From Eledone cirrhosa (taxonomy: Eukaryota), in contig OZ024742.1 in NCBI GenBank assembly GCA_964016885.1, forward strand, positions 90,396,001 to 90,460,000: a stretch of 64,000 bases of DNA, given 5' to 3'. The notes beneath the pieces are model-generated. The model saw only the letters and a list, made by a program, of their open reading frames with translations, made no database searches and was not told the DNA's origin. Below are positions 24,547-37,689 of this stretch, piece by piece (within the stretch, counting starts at the first letter, position 1; each line of letters begins with the position of its first letter). Position numbers and translations under genes: made by a program.

Positions 24547-27377
24547 ATAAATTAATAAAAATAATGAATAAACAAAGAAACAGTTCCTTATATTAAAAAA
24601 TTCATCATTTTACGATCGTTTCTAAGATATATATGTGTGAGTGTTGGTATGCATATCATATAGATCTATGTAAAATTTTTACAAACTATCAGAAGGAATA
24701 TACATACCTATGCTGTCTTCAGAAATAATGATATTTGTTTATTGAAAAAACCAACAAAGATTTAATACAATAGGTCTGTTTGGGAACAGGTTTTGAATTG
24801 ACCAATAGAAAGATAGTGAAGGTCAAGATGGTAAAATAGTAGTAATAGAGCCTTAATTTAGGGGTAGAGGAAGGTAGATTTCAGTTTTGGATGGAAAGAA
24901 TATTATGAATGAAAGATTATTTTAGGGATGAAAATAGGTCATATGCTGTCTTCAGAAATAATTATATTTGTTCATTGAATAAAATCAACAAAGATTTAAT
25001 ATAATAGGTCTGTTTGGGAACAGGTTTTGAATTGACCAGTAGAAAGGTAATAACTGGCCAAATGGTATAATAGTAGTAATGGAACTTTAATTTAGGGGTA
25101 GAAGAAGGCAGATTTCAGTTTTGAATGGAAGGAGTATGATGAATGAAAAGGTTATTTTAGGGGTGAAAATAAGTCAGGTCGGTAAAAGGTACACGAAAAA
25201 TTGCTGTTATAAAAGAATAATGCCATTGTAAATATCTAAGGAGAGTAAAATTTTACGATAAAAGTGTTAGTGAAAAAAATATATGGAATTTACATCTATG
25301 AAAATAAAATAAATTAATTAAATTGATAGGTATATTTATATTGATAAAATTATATTAATGCATATAGATATGATAAATAAGAGTTAGATGTAATTGAAGA
25401 GTGCTGTTAAAAACGAGGGGAAATAAAAAAAATATATAATTATTGGGGGGGGGTTAAAATTATTAGTGAGAAATAACAAATATATAGAGATTACAAGGAA
25501 CATAGAATCATAACCTGAAATTAAAACAGTATATATGTATACTTAATGGTATCAATTTTAGGAAAAGATAGTTGTAAAAGGGAAATAAAATTATGTAGTT
25601 CATCAGTAGTAGAATATTAATTATAGGTTAACTAAATTAAAAACAATGTTATTATAATAATTTCTAAAGTGTATATTAATTAGGTTTATAATATTTAAAG
25701 GTTTTTCTCAGTTTATGATTACACGGTATTATTAATTCTTTTCGCTTATTTAATAGGATATCCTTAGATTTCATTATTTCAAAAAGTTCTTGGGAACACA
25801 ATCTACATTCATATCTATTATTTTGATAAGGGGTGGCCCTTTTGAGCACACTCCAGGTCAGGTCATAATCTATATTCCTCTTTCTATAATTATTAATTAT
25901 TTCAGCTAAAGATGTTGTATTAGCTAATGCGGCATTTTTAAAACTGTGTTTGTGGGTATTAAATCTTACTTTAAATTGGTTAGAGGTAGCCCCTATATAT
26001 GAATAAATTGAGTCCTTAGTGTTAACTTTACATTTATATACTATGTTATTAACAAGGCAATTTCCTTTTAATGGGCAATTTGCTTTGTTTCTACAGTTAC
26101 AACTTTTCGTGAATCCTGTATCTGAGGAGATATTATGGTTAGTTTGATGTATTGGTGGTATACTCATGGTTTTTTTTACATTTATATGTATTATAGGCAC
26201 TTATATTTTGTTTTATGTTTTTGGTTGTTGAGTAGGAGAATTTAACCGTTGATCTATTTAAAATTTGATGGTATTTGTGGTTTGGCGGGAAGTTCTCTTC
26301 TAGGATAGTAAAAAAAATTTTAGGTATACTATCTTTTCCTAAAATTGATACCATTAAGTATACATATATACTGTTTTAATTTCAGGTTATGATTCTATGT
26401 TCCTTGTAATCTCTATATATTTGTTATTTCTCACTAATAATTTTAACCCCCCCCCCCCCCCCCCCCCAATAATTATATATATTTTTTTAATTTCCCCTCG
26501 TTTTTAACAGCACTCTTCAATTACATCTAACTCTTATTTATCATATCTATATGCATTAATATAATTTTATCAATATAAATATACCTATCAATTTAATTAA
26601 TTTATTTTATTTTCATAGATGTAAATTCCATATATTTTTTTCACTAACACTTTTATCGTAACATTTTAGTCTCCTTAGATATTTACAATGGGATTATTCT
26701 TTTATAACAGCAATTTTTCGTGTACCTTTTACCGACCTGACTTATTTTCACCCCTAAAATAACCTTTTCATTCATCATACTCCTTCCATTCAAAACTGAA
26801 ATCTGCCTTCTTCTACCCCTAAACTGAAGTTCCATTACTACTATTATACCATTTGGCCAGTTATTACCTTTCTACTGGTCAATTCAAAACCTGTTCCCAA
26901 ACAGACCTATTATATTAAATCTTTGTTGATTTTATTCAATGAACAAATATAATTATTTCTGAAGACAGCATATGACCTATTTTCATCCCTAAAATAATCT
27001 TTCATTCATATTCTTTCCATCCAAAACTGAAATCTACCTTCCTCTACCCCTAAATTAAGGTTCTATTACTACTATTTTACCATCTTGACCTTCACTATCT
27101 TTCTATTGGTCAATTCAAAACCTGTTCCCAAACAGACCTATTGTACTAAATCTTTGTTGGTTTTTTTTCAATAAACAAATATCATTATTTCTGAAGACAG
27201 CATATATATGTGTAGGTATGTATATTCCTTCTGATAGTTTGTAAAAATTTTACATAGATCTATATGATATGCATACCAACACTAACACATATATATCCTA
27301 GAAACGATCGTAAATTGATGAATTGTTTAATATAAGGAACTGTTTCTTTGTTTATTCATTATTTTTTATTAATTTAT
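24547..27377 (-). mobile_element. 5'-truncated Penelope-like element: GIY-YIG endonuclease flanked by ~1-kb inverted pseudo-LTRs
   Basis: ORFs 26139-26354 and 25676-26200 (CNCR..CPLKGNC..IVYKC..YIGAT..FKVRFNTHKHSF..CRLC..E..LLNKR); 24547-25572 is the reverse complement of 26328-27377. Confidence 0.88.
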
Positions 27378-27506
27378 CTTGACTCTGTCTTCCTGTATTT
27401 TTCATCGAAAAAATTTTTTGAATACATCTTCTGTTTTCATGATATTCGGATTACATTGAGTTCTTCATACGGATTGGACACTACCGTACATTTTGGTAGA
27501 TTTATC

Positions 27507-27547
<41 letters not shown>

Positions 27548-27551
<4 letters not shown>

Positions 27552-28391
27552 TTAATATAGATGAGATTCTTTAGAAATCATCAGGAATCTGGGTATCAAA
27601 AAATAAATATGGTATTTATAGGCCTCTTCAGGTGGTAGGAGAGGGTCGGGAGTGGGATGGGTAGAGGTCATTGGTTGATAGAAAAGGGAATTCATTAAAA
27701 GCTAATTCTTTAAAGCTATAATTTATATTTAGAGTAACAAAGGCAGAAAGAATTCTATAAACAAGTTCAGAATGGGGTGCCACTCTTTATTTTTAAGTTT
27801 CTCTTAAGCTAACAATGCCTATATTTCAGGTGTCTATAAGATCGTTGGGGGTCGGTCATGGTTGATGGATTTAAAGAAAAGGGAAATTCTTTAAAAGCTA
27901 ATTCTATAAGGTTCTACTTAGAGTGACAAGGCCTAGAGAATTCTATAGACTCATTCAAAATATTGAGTGCCTATCATACCATTATCTTCAAGTTTCTCTT
28001 AAGCTATATTCTGAATATCAACAGACACATTCACAAACACACACATACATATATACACATATACTTACATATATATATATATACTCATATTTATATATAT
28101 ACATATACACATATATACATATATATATACATATACATATATATATATATACACACACATATATACATACATATATATATATATACATATACACACATAC
28201 ATACATACACACATATATACATACACACATATATATACACGTATGCATATATACACATATATATACATATATATATATATATATACATATACACATACAT
28301 ACATATATATATATACATACAGACATACACACATACATACATATACACATACACACATATATATATATATATAAATATGTTTTTATTAATT

Positions 28392-28422
<31 letters not shown>

Positions 28423-28577
28423 ATGTGTATATGTATGTATGTATGTGTGTATGTCTGTGTATGTATATATATGCATATATATATATATGTATGTGTATAT
28501 GTATATATATATATGTATATATATATGTGTATATATGCATACATGTATATATGTATATATATGTGTGTATGTATGTT

Positions 28578-28615
<38 letters not shown>

Positions 28616-28797
28616 CGTGTGTGTATATATATATATGTATGTATATATATATATGTGTGTGTATATATATATATATATGTGTGTATATATGTGTATATGT
28701 ATATATATATATATACATGTGTATGTGTGTATGTATATGTGTATGTGTGTGTATGTGTATATATATGTATATATATATATATATATGTGTATATATG

Positions 28798-28842
<45 letters not shown>

Positions 28843-29376
28843 ATATATGTATGTGTGCGCGTGTGTGTGTGTGTTTGTGAATGTGTCTGTTGACATTCAG
28901 AATATAGCTTAAGAGAAACTTGAAGATAATGGTATGATAGGCACTCAATATTTTGAATGGGTCTATAGAATTCTCTAGGCCTTGTCACTCTAAGTAGAAC
29001 CTTATAGAATTAGCTTTTAAAGAATTTCCCTTTTCTTTAAATCCATCAACCATGACTGGCCCCCAACGATCTTATAGACACCTGAAATATAGGCATTGTT
29101 AGCTTAAGAGAAACTTAAAAATAAAGAGTGGCACCCATTCTGAACTTGTTTATAGAATCCTTTCTGCCTTTGTTACTCTAAATATAAATTATAGCTTTAA
29201 AGAATTATCTTTTAATGAATTCCCTTTTCTATCAACCAATGACCTCTACCCATCCCACTCCCTACCACCTGAAGAGGCCTATAAATACCATATTTATTTT
29301 TTGATACCCAGATTCCTGATGATTTCTAAAGAATGAAACAGTTCTAGTCCTGTATAATCTCATCTATATTAAAACT
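27548..29376. repeat. ~1.8-kb palindrome: PLE pLTR-like arms around mirrored complex TA/CA microsatellite
   Basis: 27548-28030 is the reverse complement of ~28875-29376; the inner microsatellite is also roughly mirrored about ~28385. Confidence 0.9.
29308..29362 (+). ncRNA. Candidate type I hammerhead ribozyme in PLE-like arm
   Basis: agattc-CTGATGA-t-ttc-taaa-gaa-t-GAAACAG-ttctagtc-CTGTA-taatct: core CUGAUGA/GAAA, stem III ACAG/CUGU, GUA triplet, stem I agatt/aatct. Confidence 0.55.
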
Positions 29377-29717
29377 TTTATACTCTGCTATGTATTGAGT
29401 ACCTTACTTACTGTGGTTACCTCTGATTCAACCCAGAATAACGTATATATATATATATATGTTTGTACTGCCTCTCTCTTTTCTTTCCGGTTCCAATGTT
29501 CACTATACATATATATATATATTTGTTTGACCAGAATTACTTGATCGTATTTTTTGGCTGTGCGAATGATTGTTTAAGCATCGTCTCAGTGTGTTTGGTA
29601 TTAAACGTTAGTTATAGCTCTGGTTCATCCGAACCATTGAGCACTTTGCCGCACATTTCGAAGATTGTTTTTCGTTATTTCGTGGGCCGAAGTTCCGATT
29701 CTCGATAATTTTATTTG

Positions 29718-29759
<42 letters not shown>

Positions 29760-32700
29760 GTATTAATAAAATAGATGTTCTTTTGATCAATTACATTTTG
29801 TTATACATATTTTGGATGTACAACAGTACGTCCTCATCAGACAAAATATAATGATACATGACATACCCTGAGATGTTAAATGGTTAAGATTTAATCAAGG
29901 TAGTGATTACCCCCAAGAGAAAATTTTACTTATATAGCCTATCTATGAGAAAATGCGAAAACGTAATAAATTCATTAGAGAATGTGTGAGTAAGAAGAAA
30001 ACGTTGCATACTGTAACGGTTCTAAAAGTTTTAAAGTGTATGATACTACGGTATATCTAGGAAAACGTCTCATGAATCATAACAGCCAGTGATAGCCACT
30101 GGAAAAGGATTTATAAAGAGTGAAAAATAAAGGGGGTGGGGGTGATATATGTAGGAGATTTTTTCCGAAAGTTAAACGGTTAAATTTGAAAATATTTAAT
30201 TTATAATATTAGGGTGAAGACTCCAGATTTCAGGATTATTTGCTGGTTATTTATATATTATTTTTATAAATTTCTAACCTTCTGAATTTTATGAGGGTAA
30301 CATTTAAAGGATTTAGCTGGCACATAAAGAGTGAAATAATATACTGTTGATTATTTACCTAAATTCAAACTTTAACAAATATACCAACATATTAGGTATG
30401 TAAAGCTTTTGACGTACTTATTGTTATAAATATTTAAATAACTATTATGTATATAGGTATATATTAATGAGCCAGTATGTTTAAGGTAAATAATAACGAC
30501 GAAGGTAAAAATAAAATAAGATAATAGATTGAAGGGTGTTAAGGATAAATATATACTTATGTGTAGTTGGGTGTAGATGCACTAAGTATTCTTCAACCAA
30601 GATATCAACATATTATTAGATACAGGGAGGTATATATATATAGATATATATTAGGTATTATTAGTGTAGTATACTTTAGGTAAATGATAACAGTTATAAT
30701 TTTATAAAGTATAGTTCAACGTGTAACATTTAAATACATATATATATAAGAAAAACAACAATGAGTGTATGGATAATTCAGAGTTCAAAATAATGTCTAT
30801 AATAATTTTTAGTTTGGATATTTTCTCTATATTTGAATCATATATATAAAAATGTGGTAGGTATATTTAAAAATATTTTAAAATATATAAAATATAATAT
30901 ATAACTACATACTTATTATAATACATTATATTATAAATAAATAAGAGATCGAAAGCGCAGCAAAATATTCACATTTACATATAATTTTGAATCCGTCTCA
31001 AATTTTAGATTTTATAGTGCAGTAAATATATTTAAAAGAAATATATGCATATATTATATTATATTATACTATAAATAATAGATCAAAAACTCATTAAAAA
31101 TTTACAGTTATAGATAAGTTTCATAAAAATTTATGGATTGGGTATTAAACTAAAATTTATAGAGATCACAAATGTATTAAAAATTCACAGTTATATAAAT
31201 TCCGTAAATATGTAAGGATTAGGTATTATACTAAATTATAAGCATAGATAGGAAGATAGATAGAGAAATAAGGAGATAAAGAAATGATGGTATTGATCAA
31301 AGTTAACAAATAAAGTTGTGTGTATCAATGTTTAGGCATTAAACAAGTACCATTCATTCTAACGTTGTTTCTTCTATAGATAGTTATAAAATAAAGCAAT
31401 ATTAAAGGCCATTAATGTTTTTTACTGCTGATTATATATTCCTGGTAACCGAGTTATTATTGGTTTGGTGTTATTGTTTCTTTCTTTCTCGTTTTATGTG
31501 AGCTAAAAAAGTGGACGTAGCTTTATGGAGGCAACTATATATATATATAATTATATATTCGTGTACAGATATTTTTGCATACACAATAACAAAATATAAA
31601 CAAAAGTATTTATTCCGCGATAAAGTATTGATTTTCTTCAAATGGAAAAAACCCTGGTAATGTACGATGAATTTTTTTTTTAAGCACAACATGTAGACAC
31701 CGACCCAAGGCCAAGGTATTCCGTACTTCTCTGTACTGTTATTTATATATTCGTGTACAGATATTTTTGCACACACAATAACAAAATATAAACAAACGTA
31801 TTTACTTCACGAGGCTCGATAAGGATGAATATATTTCAAATATATAAGAACCCTAGAGCTGAAGTCTCACTTTTTTCTCTTATACGTACACAGACACGTG
31901 CGCGCGGGAACGCGGATGAAAAATCTTCAAAGGCAGTCACACACACATGCGTGTATACATAAAGGTGTGCGTGTGCACACATCTATGTGCATGTGTACAC
32001 ATATCTATGTCTGTGTATTATCAAAAATATGGTTGGACGATGTTTTTTTGTTTCTTGATAAATGAAATATGTGTGCTCGTAAAGGGTTGCATGCGGGTCG
32101 CAAGTTTGACGTGCCTTATTATCTGTTGTAGATTCCATACTACCATTTCACTAGAAAAGTGCAGCAGTAGTAACACGGTCTAAACACACACATTACGGAT
32201 ATACACATAACACACACTAACTTTGATACTTTACACAATATACATAAAAAAAAAACGTATAAACATACATTTGCACTCACACATAATATCGACATTATAC
32301 ACACATGTACCGAAACCTATCTACACATTGACCCCTCGGGTGACATTTAACGATCATTTTCTAGGTTAGCTCCTGGTGGCACCAGTGGTCTGAGGTAGCA
32401 GGACACTTTGGGGTGAAGACAAGATAGGTTCTCAAGTCAGTCGAGCGGGAACCTTCCTAGGGAAAACACGGCAGAGTTTTGCTCAGGTCTCCGTCTGGAG
32501 ATGCATTTTTTTGTCTACCCATCAAATCCCGAGCAAGATGTAGTGCTTGGCAAAAATACACTTCGGGTCTGCCTGTGGGCAGGGGCACAAAAAATAACAG
32601 CCAGCCACTTCTATAAGGCAAGTTACCTAGTATCACTGCACACACGATTTCATCACACCTAAACATATCTCACGCACTTTCTCCACATACACAGTTTCTC

Positions 32701-32785
32701 CTTGTTGTTTGTTGTTCAGGCCTTTTGACTGTAAAAAGTGTTAATTTAAGTTTTTTTTTTCCGTCGTGAAACTCTAAGTAATAAA

Positions 32786-33959
32786 TCTACTATATAAATG
32801 GCAATTTCTGTCTGTCTGTGTATATGTGTATAACCAGTTGGCGTCTACACCGGTGATCCGATCCTGATGAAACTTTACACACATGTTAAGCTAATATTCA
32901 GAAACAGGACATCTTTACAATGGAGGAAGAAAGAGAAGACGTTTCAGTGAGAGAGGGAAGAGGAGATACTACTACTGTATGTTAAACCCTCCCTCCCACA
33001 ACTCAGTCCTCAAAAACGAGGCAACAACTTATTAGAAATATACATAAAGAAATTTCAAACAAAACAGACGACAATGAGCGTTCTTGATTCTTCTCCATTA
33101 TGTAGAGAAAGAGACAGCGAGTATGAGAGAGAGAGAGAAAGATGGTATGAGTAAAGAGAGAGAGAGGTTGAGAAAGAAAGAGAGGAGGGGAGAAATGATA
33201 GCAGCGTTCGATAACTTTAACTTTTATTTATTTATTCTTTACACAGTTTAACTCTCCCCCTTCCCCAACCTTACGTCTCGTTCTCTCTCTCTTTCACACA
33301 AAACGTACTGTGACTGTGTGTGTGTATGTGTGAGTCATGTGTGTCCGAGGAAGTTACAATCTCCCCAGACACACACACACAAACACGCATCTATCTATAT
33401 ATATATTGCAACCGATTTTCTTCAAATTGGGAACAAACATGCGTTATGTTCCAAGAAGTGTTGTGGACTCAAAACTTTCAAATTTTTGTCTAATGCGGCC
33501 CTAGGTGGATGAAGGCTGTATCTGGATCACCGTGACAATCACGTCATATGTGCGAAACTTAAATAGTTGTTGGTTAACATTTTACTCATCTTAGTGTGTT
33601 GCGTCCCCTTTCCTTAGATGCCTCCGAGGAAGAGATCCGCCATTGGTCGAAAAACGGCGAAAGCTGAGAGAGGGAAAAGAAGAAAAGCAAATGAATTGTC
33701 AATGGAGGCTGCAATTAGACAATCGCAAGATGCTGAACGTAAAGCTACTGCAAGAGCGTTAAAAAACTACGAGCAGTGTTGTATTTAAGACATAGGTTAC
33801 TTTTGTACTCCGGATGGTCATAGGCACTTTCATTGATATTGATTATAGGGTAGGGTGCAGATAACCCCCTTTAACCGCTTCATAGGAGTCGACTGAAGCA
33901 CTGCAGTGCAATGCAACAAAACATGATAATACCCGAGCAACGCCGGGTACCTCTGCTAG
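32786..33959 (+). mobile_element. Complete non-autonomous Helitron
   Basis: A|TCTACTATATAAATGG start; cccgagcaacgccggg hairpin and CTAG|T end; A/T insertion without TSD; MPPRKRSAIGRK-like start at 33618 resembling a Rep/Hel N-terminus. Confidence 0.85.
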
Positions 33960-34059
33960 TAATATATAAATGTGGCAGGAGTTTTCGTTATTTTTCTATA
34001 ACTCTGGCAGTATGATCGAGGAAATCACTTTCCCCTCGATATCAAACATATTCGCTTTC

Positions 34060-34430
34060 CACAGATGTACATATTGGTTAACTATCACACTTATCTACAA
34101 CCAATACAAATCATCATCATTCGCTCTTCTACTACGGTAAGAATTTTAACTCACAATCACTCGCGCAAATCTTCCGTTACACACACACTTCACTTTGCGT
34201 TCCAAACTTGATACTAAGACTACCTAATGGTTTGTCTTGTTTATTCTCTTTATTTTGATTTTTACTTTACTTGGAGTACCTTTATTTTCTGTCTATTCTT
34301 TGTGATCCTGTCTATTTTTGTACTCCCGAAGAAGGGCTAAAGCGCGACATGTCGAAATTTCTTTCCCCTTTTCCATATAAAGCGTGAAACTAATAAGACT
34401 TTTTGTACCTCTCTTTGTTAATTCTTTGAA
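34060..34430 (+). repeat. Probable PLE-derived short repeat with decayed hammerhead-like motif
   Basis: ccgaagaagggc-taaa-gcgcgacatgtcg at ~34326-34355 resembles CUGAAGA..stem II..GAAACGUC; followed by (TA)n(GA)n. Confidence 0.35.
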
Positions 34431-34445
34431 ATATATATATATATA

Positions 34446-34488
<43 letters not shown>

Positions 34489-35049
34489 GTAGCAATATCG
34501 ATAGGTCTAAAAAAGAAAAATGAATATAGTGCTCAATCGGGAAGAGAGCAGAAATATTATATCATTTTTTTAGTTTCAAACACGAACCAAAGGTTTCAAG
34601 ACCCAATATTGACCATATATCCAGAATATTAGAGGGATCAAAATTGTGACCTATCTTCAGATGCTTATACGAGATTACAAGTTACCGTTAAATGTAATGC
34701 GTGCTAAAAACGTATTATAACAAAGGGGAATAACTTCATGAAGTATATTTGAGAAGCGAGATCGTACATGTGTTAGTGTTCGTATGCCGAAGTATTGTAG
34801 TATGTAGTGGAATGTAATACAGAGCTGGTAATATTTATTAATATTAAGGTATGGAGAAGAGTAGTATAGAAAGTGTATTGTATCACGTAAGTGTGGAAAG
34901 AGAAAGAAACGATATAACGGAAGAATTTACTAGAAGGTGGTTGAAAATCACTCAAATTTGTTGTGTATTTCCGCTTAAAAAGCAGTCGGCTTTTATGATT
35001 GAATCATTCTCTAAAAATTTCGCTGTTAGAGTTCAAATAATTATTCCCC

Positions 35050-35312
35050 TCCGAGGCACAAGCCCGGGCAATGTGTTTTAGAGGAAAGCTAACAGTCGCC
35101 CATGTATACCAGTCTTCTCTCTCCATGCCATCGGTGTTATCCGAGGGAAAGACAAAGCCCTATACATTTTGGAACAGAGACGGTGCAACTCATTTCTCCA
35201 GCTAAGTAAAATGGAGCAATGTGAAATAAAGTGTCTTCCTCAGGGACACAACGCATCACTCGGTCAGGGTATCGAACTCTCAGCCTCAAGATTGTAAATT
35301 TGTCTAACCACT
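35050..35312 (-). mobile_element. tRNA-derived CORE-type SINE
   Basis: Minus strand gtggttag..gagttcgataccc..gcgttgtgtccctgaggaagacactttatttcac..gctcca (tRNA head + CORE-like segment). Confidence 0.75.
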
Positions 35313-37689
35313 TTATTTCGTGGGCAGGAACATTCTAGGACCCAAACCCATGGACATTTGTGAATTCATGACCAAATTTCTTTACCCATATATATATATA
35401 ACGAAGGAGGTCTGGTAAGGAACCAGATGGACCATAACGCACCAGAGTACTCAATACTTAGAGTAGTAGAGTGGGTAATAGGAAAAAGTTAAACCCCGAT
35501 GGCAGAGCTCAAGCCGTTTTGGAGGCTTGAGCTCTGCCGTCGGGGTTAAACTTTTTCCTATATATATATATATATAAGAAAATGTTCACTCTACATGGCC
35601 AAATACAATAAATGTAATCAGAGCTAGTGAAAATATATGCTATTTTCAAAAATACACAGGCCGATCAGTCACTGTGTATTTTTGAAAATAGCATATATTT
35701 TCACTAGCTCTGACAGTTTGGCAGGTGAATAGTGATACGCAGAAACATTAGTGTCTGCAGTTCTGTTCACATGCCAACACAAGAGCAAGAATGAAGGGTT
35801 CATTCTACTGACATGGCTATAAAATTGAGGCTTGTTTGCATAATTGCAAACGAATCGAATGTTATTATTAATATTCGAAAAACTCAGATTATATATATAT
35901 ATATATATATTTCAGACGAAGTTTTACTTAGAACGATTTTATCTATCATCGATCATCGATCATTATGTAGGTTTTGCAGATGATTCGTGAGATCCCTATG
36001 GATGTGACGGGCCTGAATACAGTATCGATCCGATCATCAGACTTGCTGCATGGCTAAAAGCAATTCACATATTTTCATAGGATGAAATATTTAATTGTAA
36101 TGCCTACAAAATAATAATAAAAGTTAGAATAAACGACATTCCGCTACACTTGGACATCTGGTACATGACAGCATGAGTTGTCCAGGAATGACATGAACAA
36201 AAAAAAATAATAATTTGTAAGGCATAACTATAAAGAGCTGTTTCAGATAAGAGAAAAAAATAAGGAATTCTAGACAAGAACTCCTATACAAACCCGAACT
36301 AAACATTATGGTAGAGAGCAGAATGTCCACATATCATGAATGTTGTATTACTGACGAACTGAGTGATTTCTGTTCACAACAGAAAAGGTCCTTGTTGCCA
36401 ATACCACATCACAACATCACAAAGTACGACACCAGCAGCTACCACAATAATAACATTTGCAACAGCAGCAACGACAAGAACAACAATATCTACCACAACT
36501 ACTAGAACAACAGCACCTACCATAACCCAAACTAACTGGAGTAAAAACAGTGATAGCAACAACACCATCATTAGTGTCAACAACTGCCCCACAAAAATCA
36601 ACAAAAACAACAATAAAGTGGATTACCCCAAATTCTCAAAACATTCTTCTGACAAGTGTGATAAAGACCAACAAAAAAGCACCCATAAGAAGTAAACGGG
36701 AAAGTAAAATAGGAATACTAACTCAGATGTAGAACGGTATTCTTTGATCTGTGGGCATCTTGGACATACACAACCTGACAGTACTTCTGTATCTATAAAA
36801 CTTGTCTTAAACCTGAAATGTTCCCTGGTATCACTGCCAAATTGTCCATAGTCCCCACTCCAATACTAGAAAGTATCATCCCCCGTATTGCCCGATTGGG
36901 TGAAGGTTATAAGTAACGGACAACATTCCAAATGCAAGTCACCCAATCTTGTTCATTGCTTGACGAGCCGTAAAAAGATATGCGCAACAAAAGGCAATCA
37001 TACCTTTTCATCATCTATGAATGTTTGAAGATGCTGCAGCCTCAACATGTGATTGCTCATCATCAGCAACGACATAAGCAGTTCTCCATGTGAAGGTTGT
37101 TGACCAGTGGAATGAGTCTTTTCCATAAGAAGCAAAGGGAAATATGGTCTAATCTGATCACACGGAAATTAGAGTAACACACAACGATAAAAGAAGCAAT
37201 ATATGCGTTTAACACCTCTTCTCGACCTTTCAGAGATAGATTTCTCTCATCTCATCTGTGGGAGTTGGCTAATCTACTCGTAAGCTTATCTCAGTTTGCA
37301 TCTAACTGGTTGTTTGTACCAAGCCAAACCTCCAGCAATTTAACCAGATTTTGACTCCATGGCATTGTCCGATTATATGGACACGCTACTCCAGGTATCA
37401 AGCTTCAAGCCCACAAACTTACCTGAATTGGATTTTGATACTGCCACCACTTCGTATTCTTTTGTGACAGTGCTGATGACCTCAATTTCAATTTCGGTGC
37501 GACTGTTCACATACGCCGACACGGTCCTTCCATATTCTCAACACCTGTGGATTCTGCAGTAGTGGCTAAAAAGTCAGTACATACAGAAGTGTTGAAAGAG
37601 GACACGTCTACTGAATCAAGCTTGTCAATTGAAATAGTTACGAAAAATGGCCATTTACCTTGACCACTGGGAGGATGCTCCTGTGTGTT

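Noticed and set aside
27923-28988. Long overlapping ORFs (up to 329 aa) rich in Y/I/H/T or V/C/M
   Set aside because: Translations of TA/CA microsatellite that lacks stop codons; not protein coding.
29800-31470. Very AT-rich block, considered as a mitochondrial insertion or PLE body
   Set aside because: No recognisable rRNA, tRNA or protein motif in any frame that I could read.
35960-36060. C/D-box snoRNA candidate (ATGATT..CTGA)
   Set aside because: C box is non-canonical and there is no convincing terminal stem or recognisable guide.
36308-36732. Thr/Asn-rich mucin-like ORFs
   Set aside because: Degenerate (CAA/ACA)n simple sequence; no splice or homology support. The same applies to 4148-4440.
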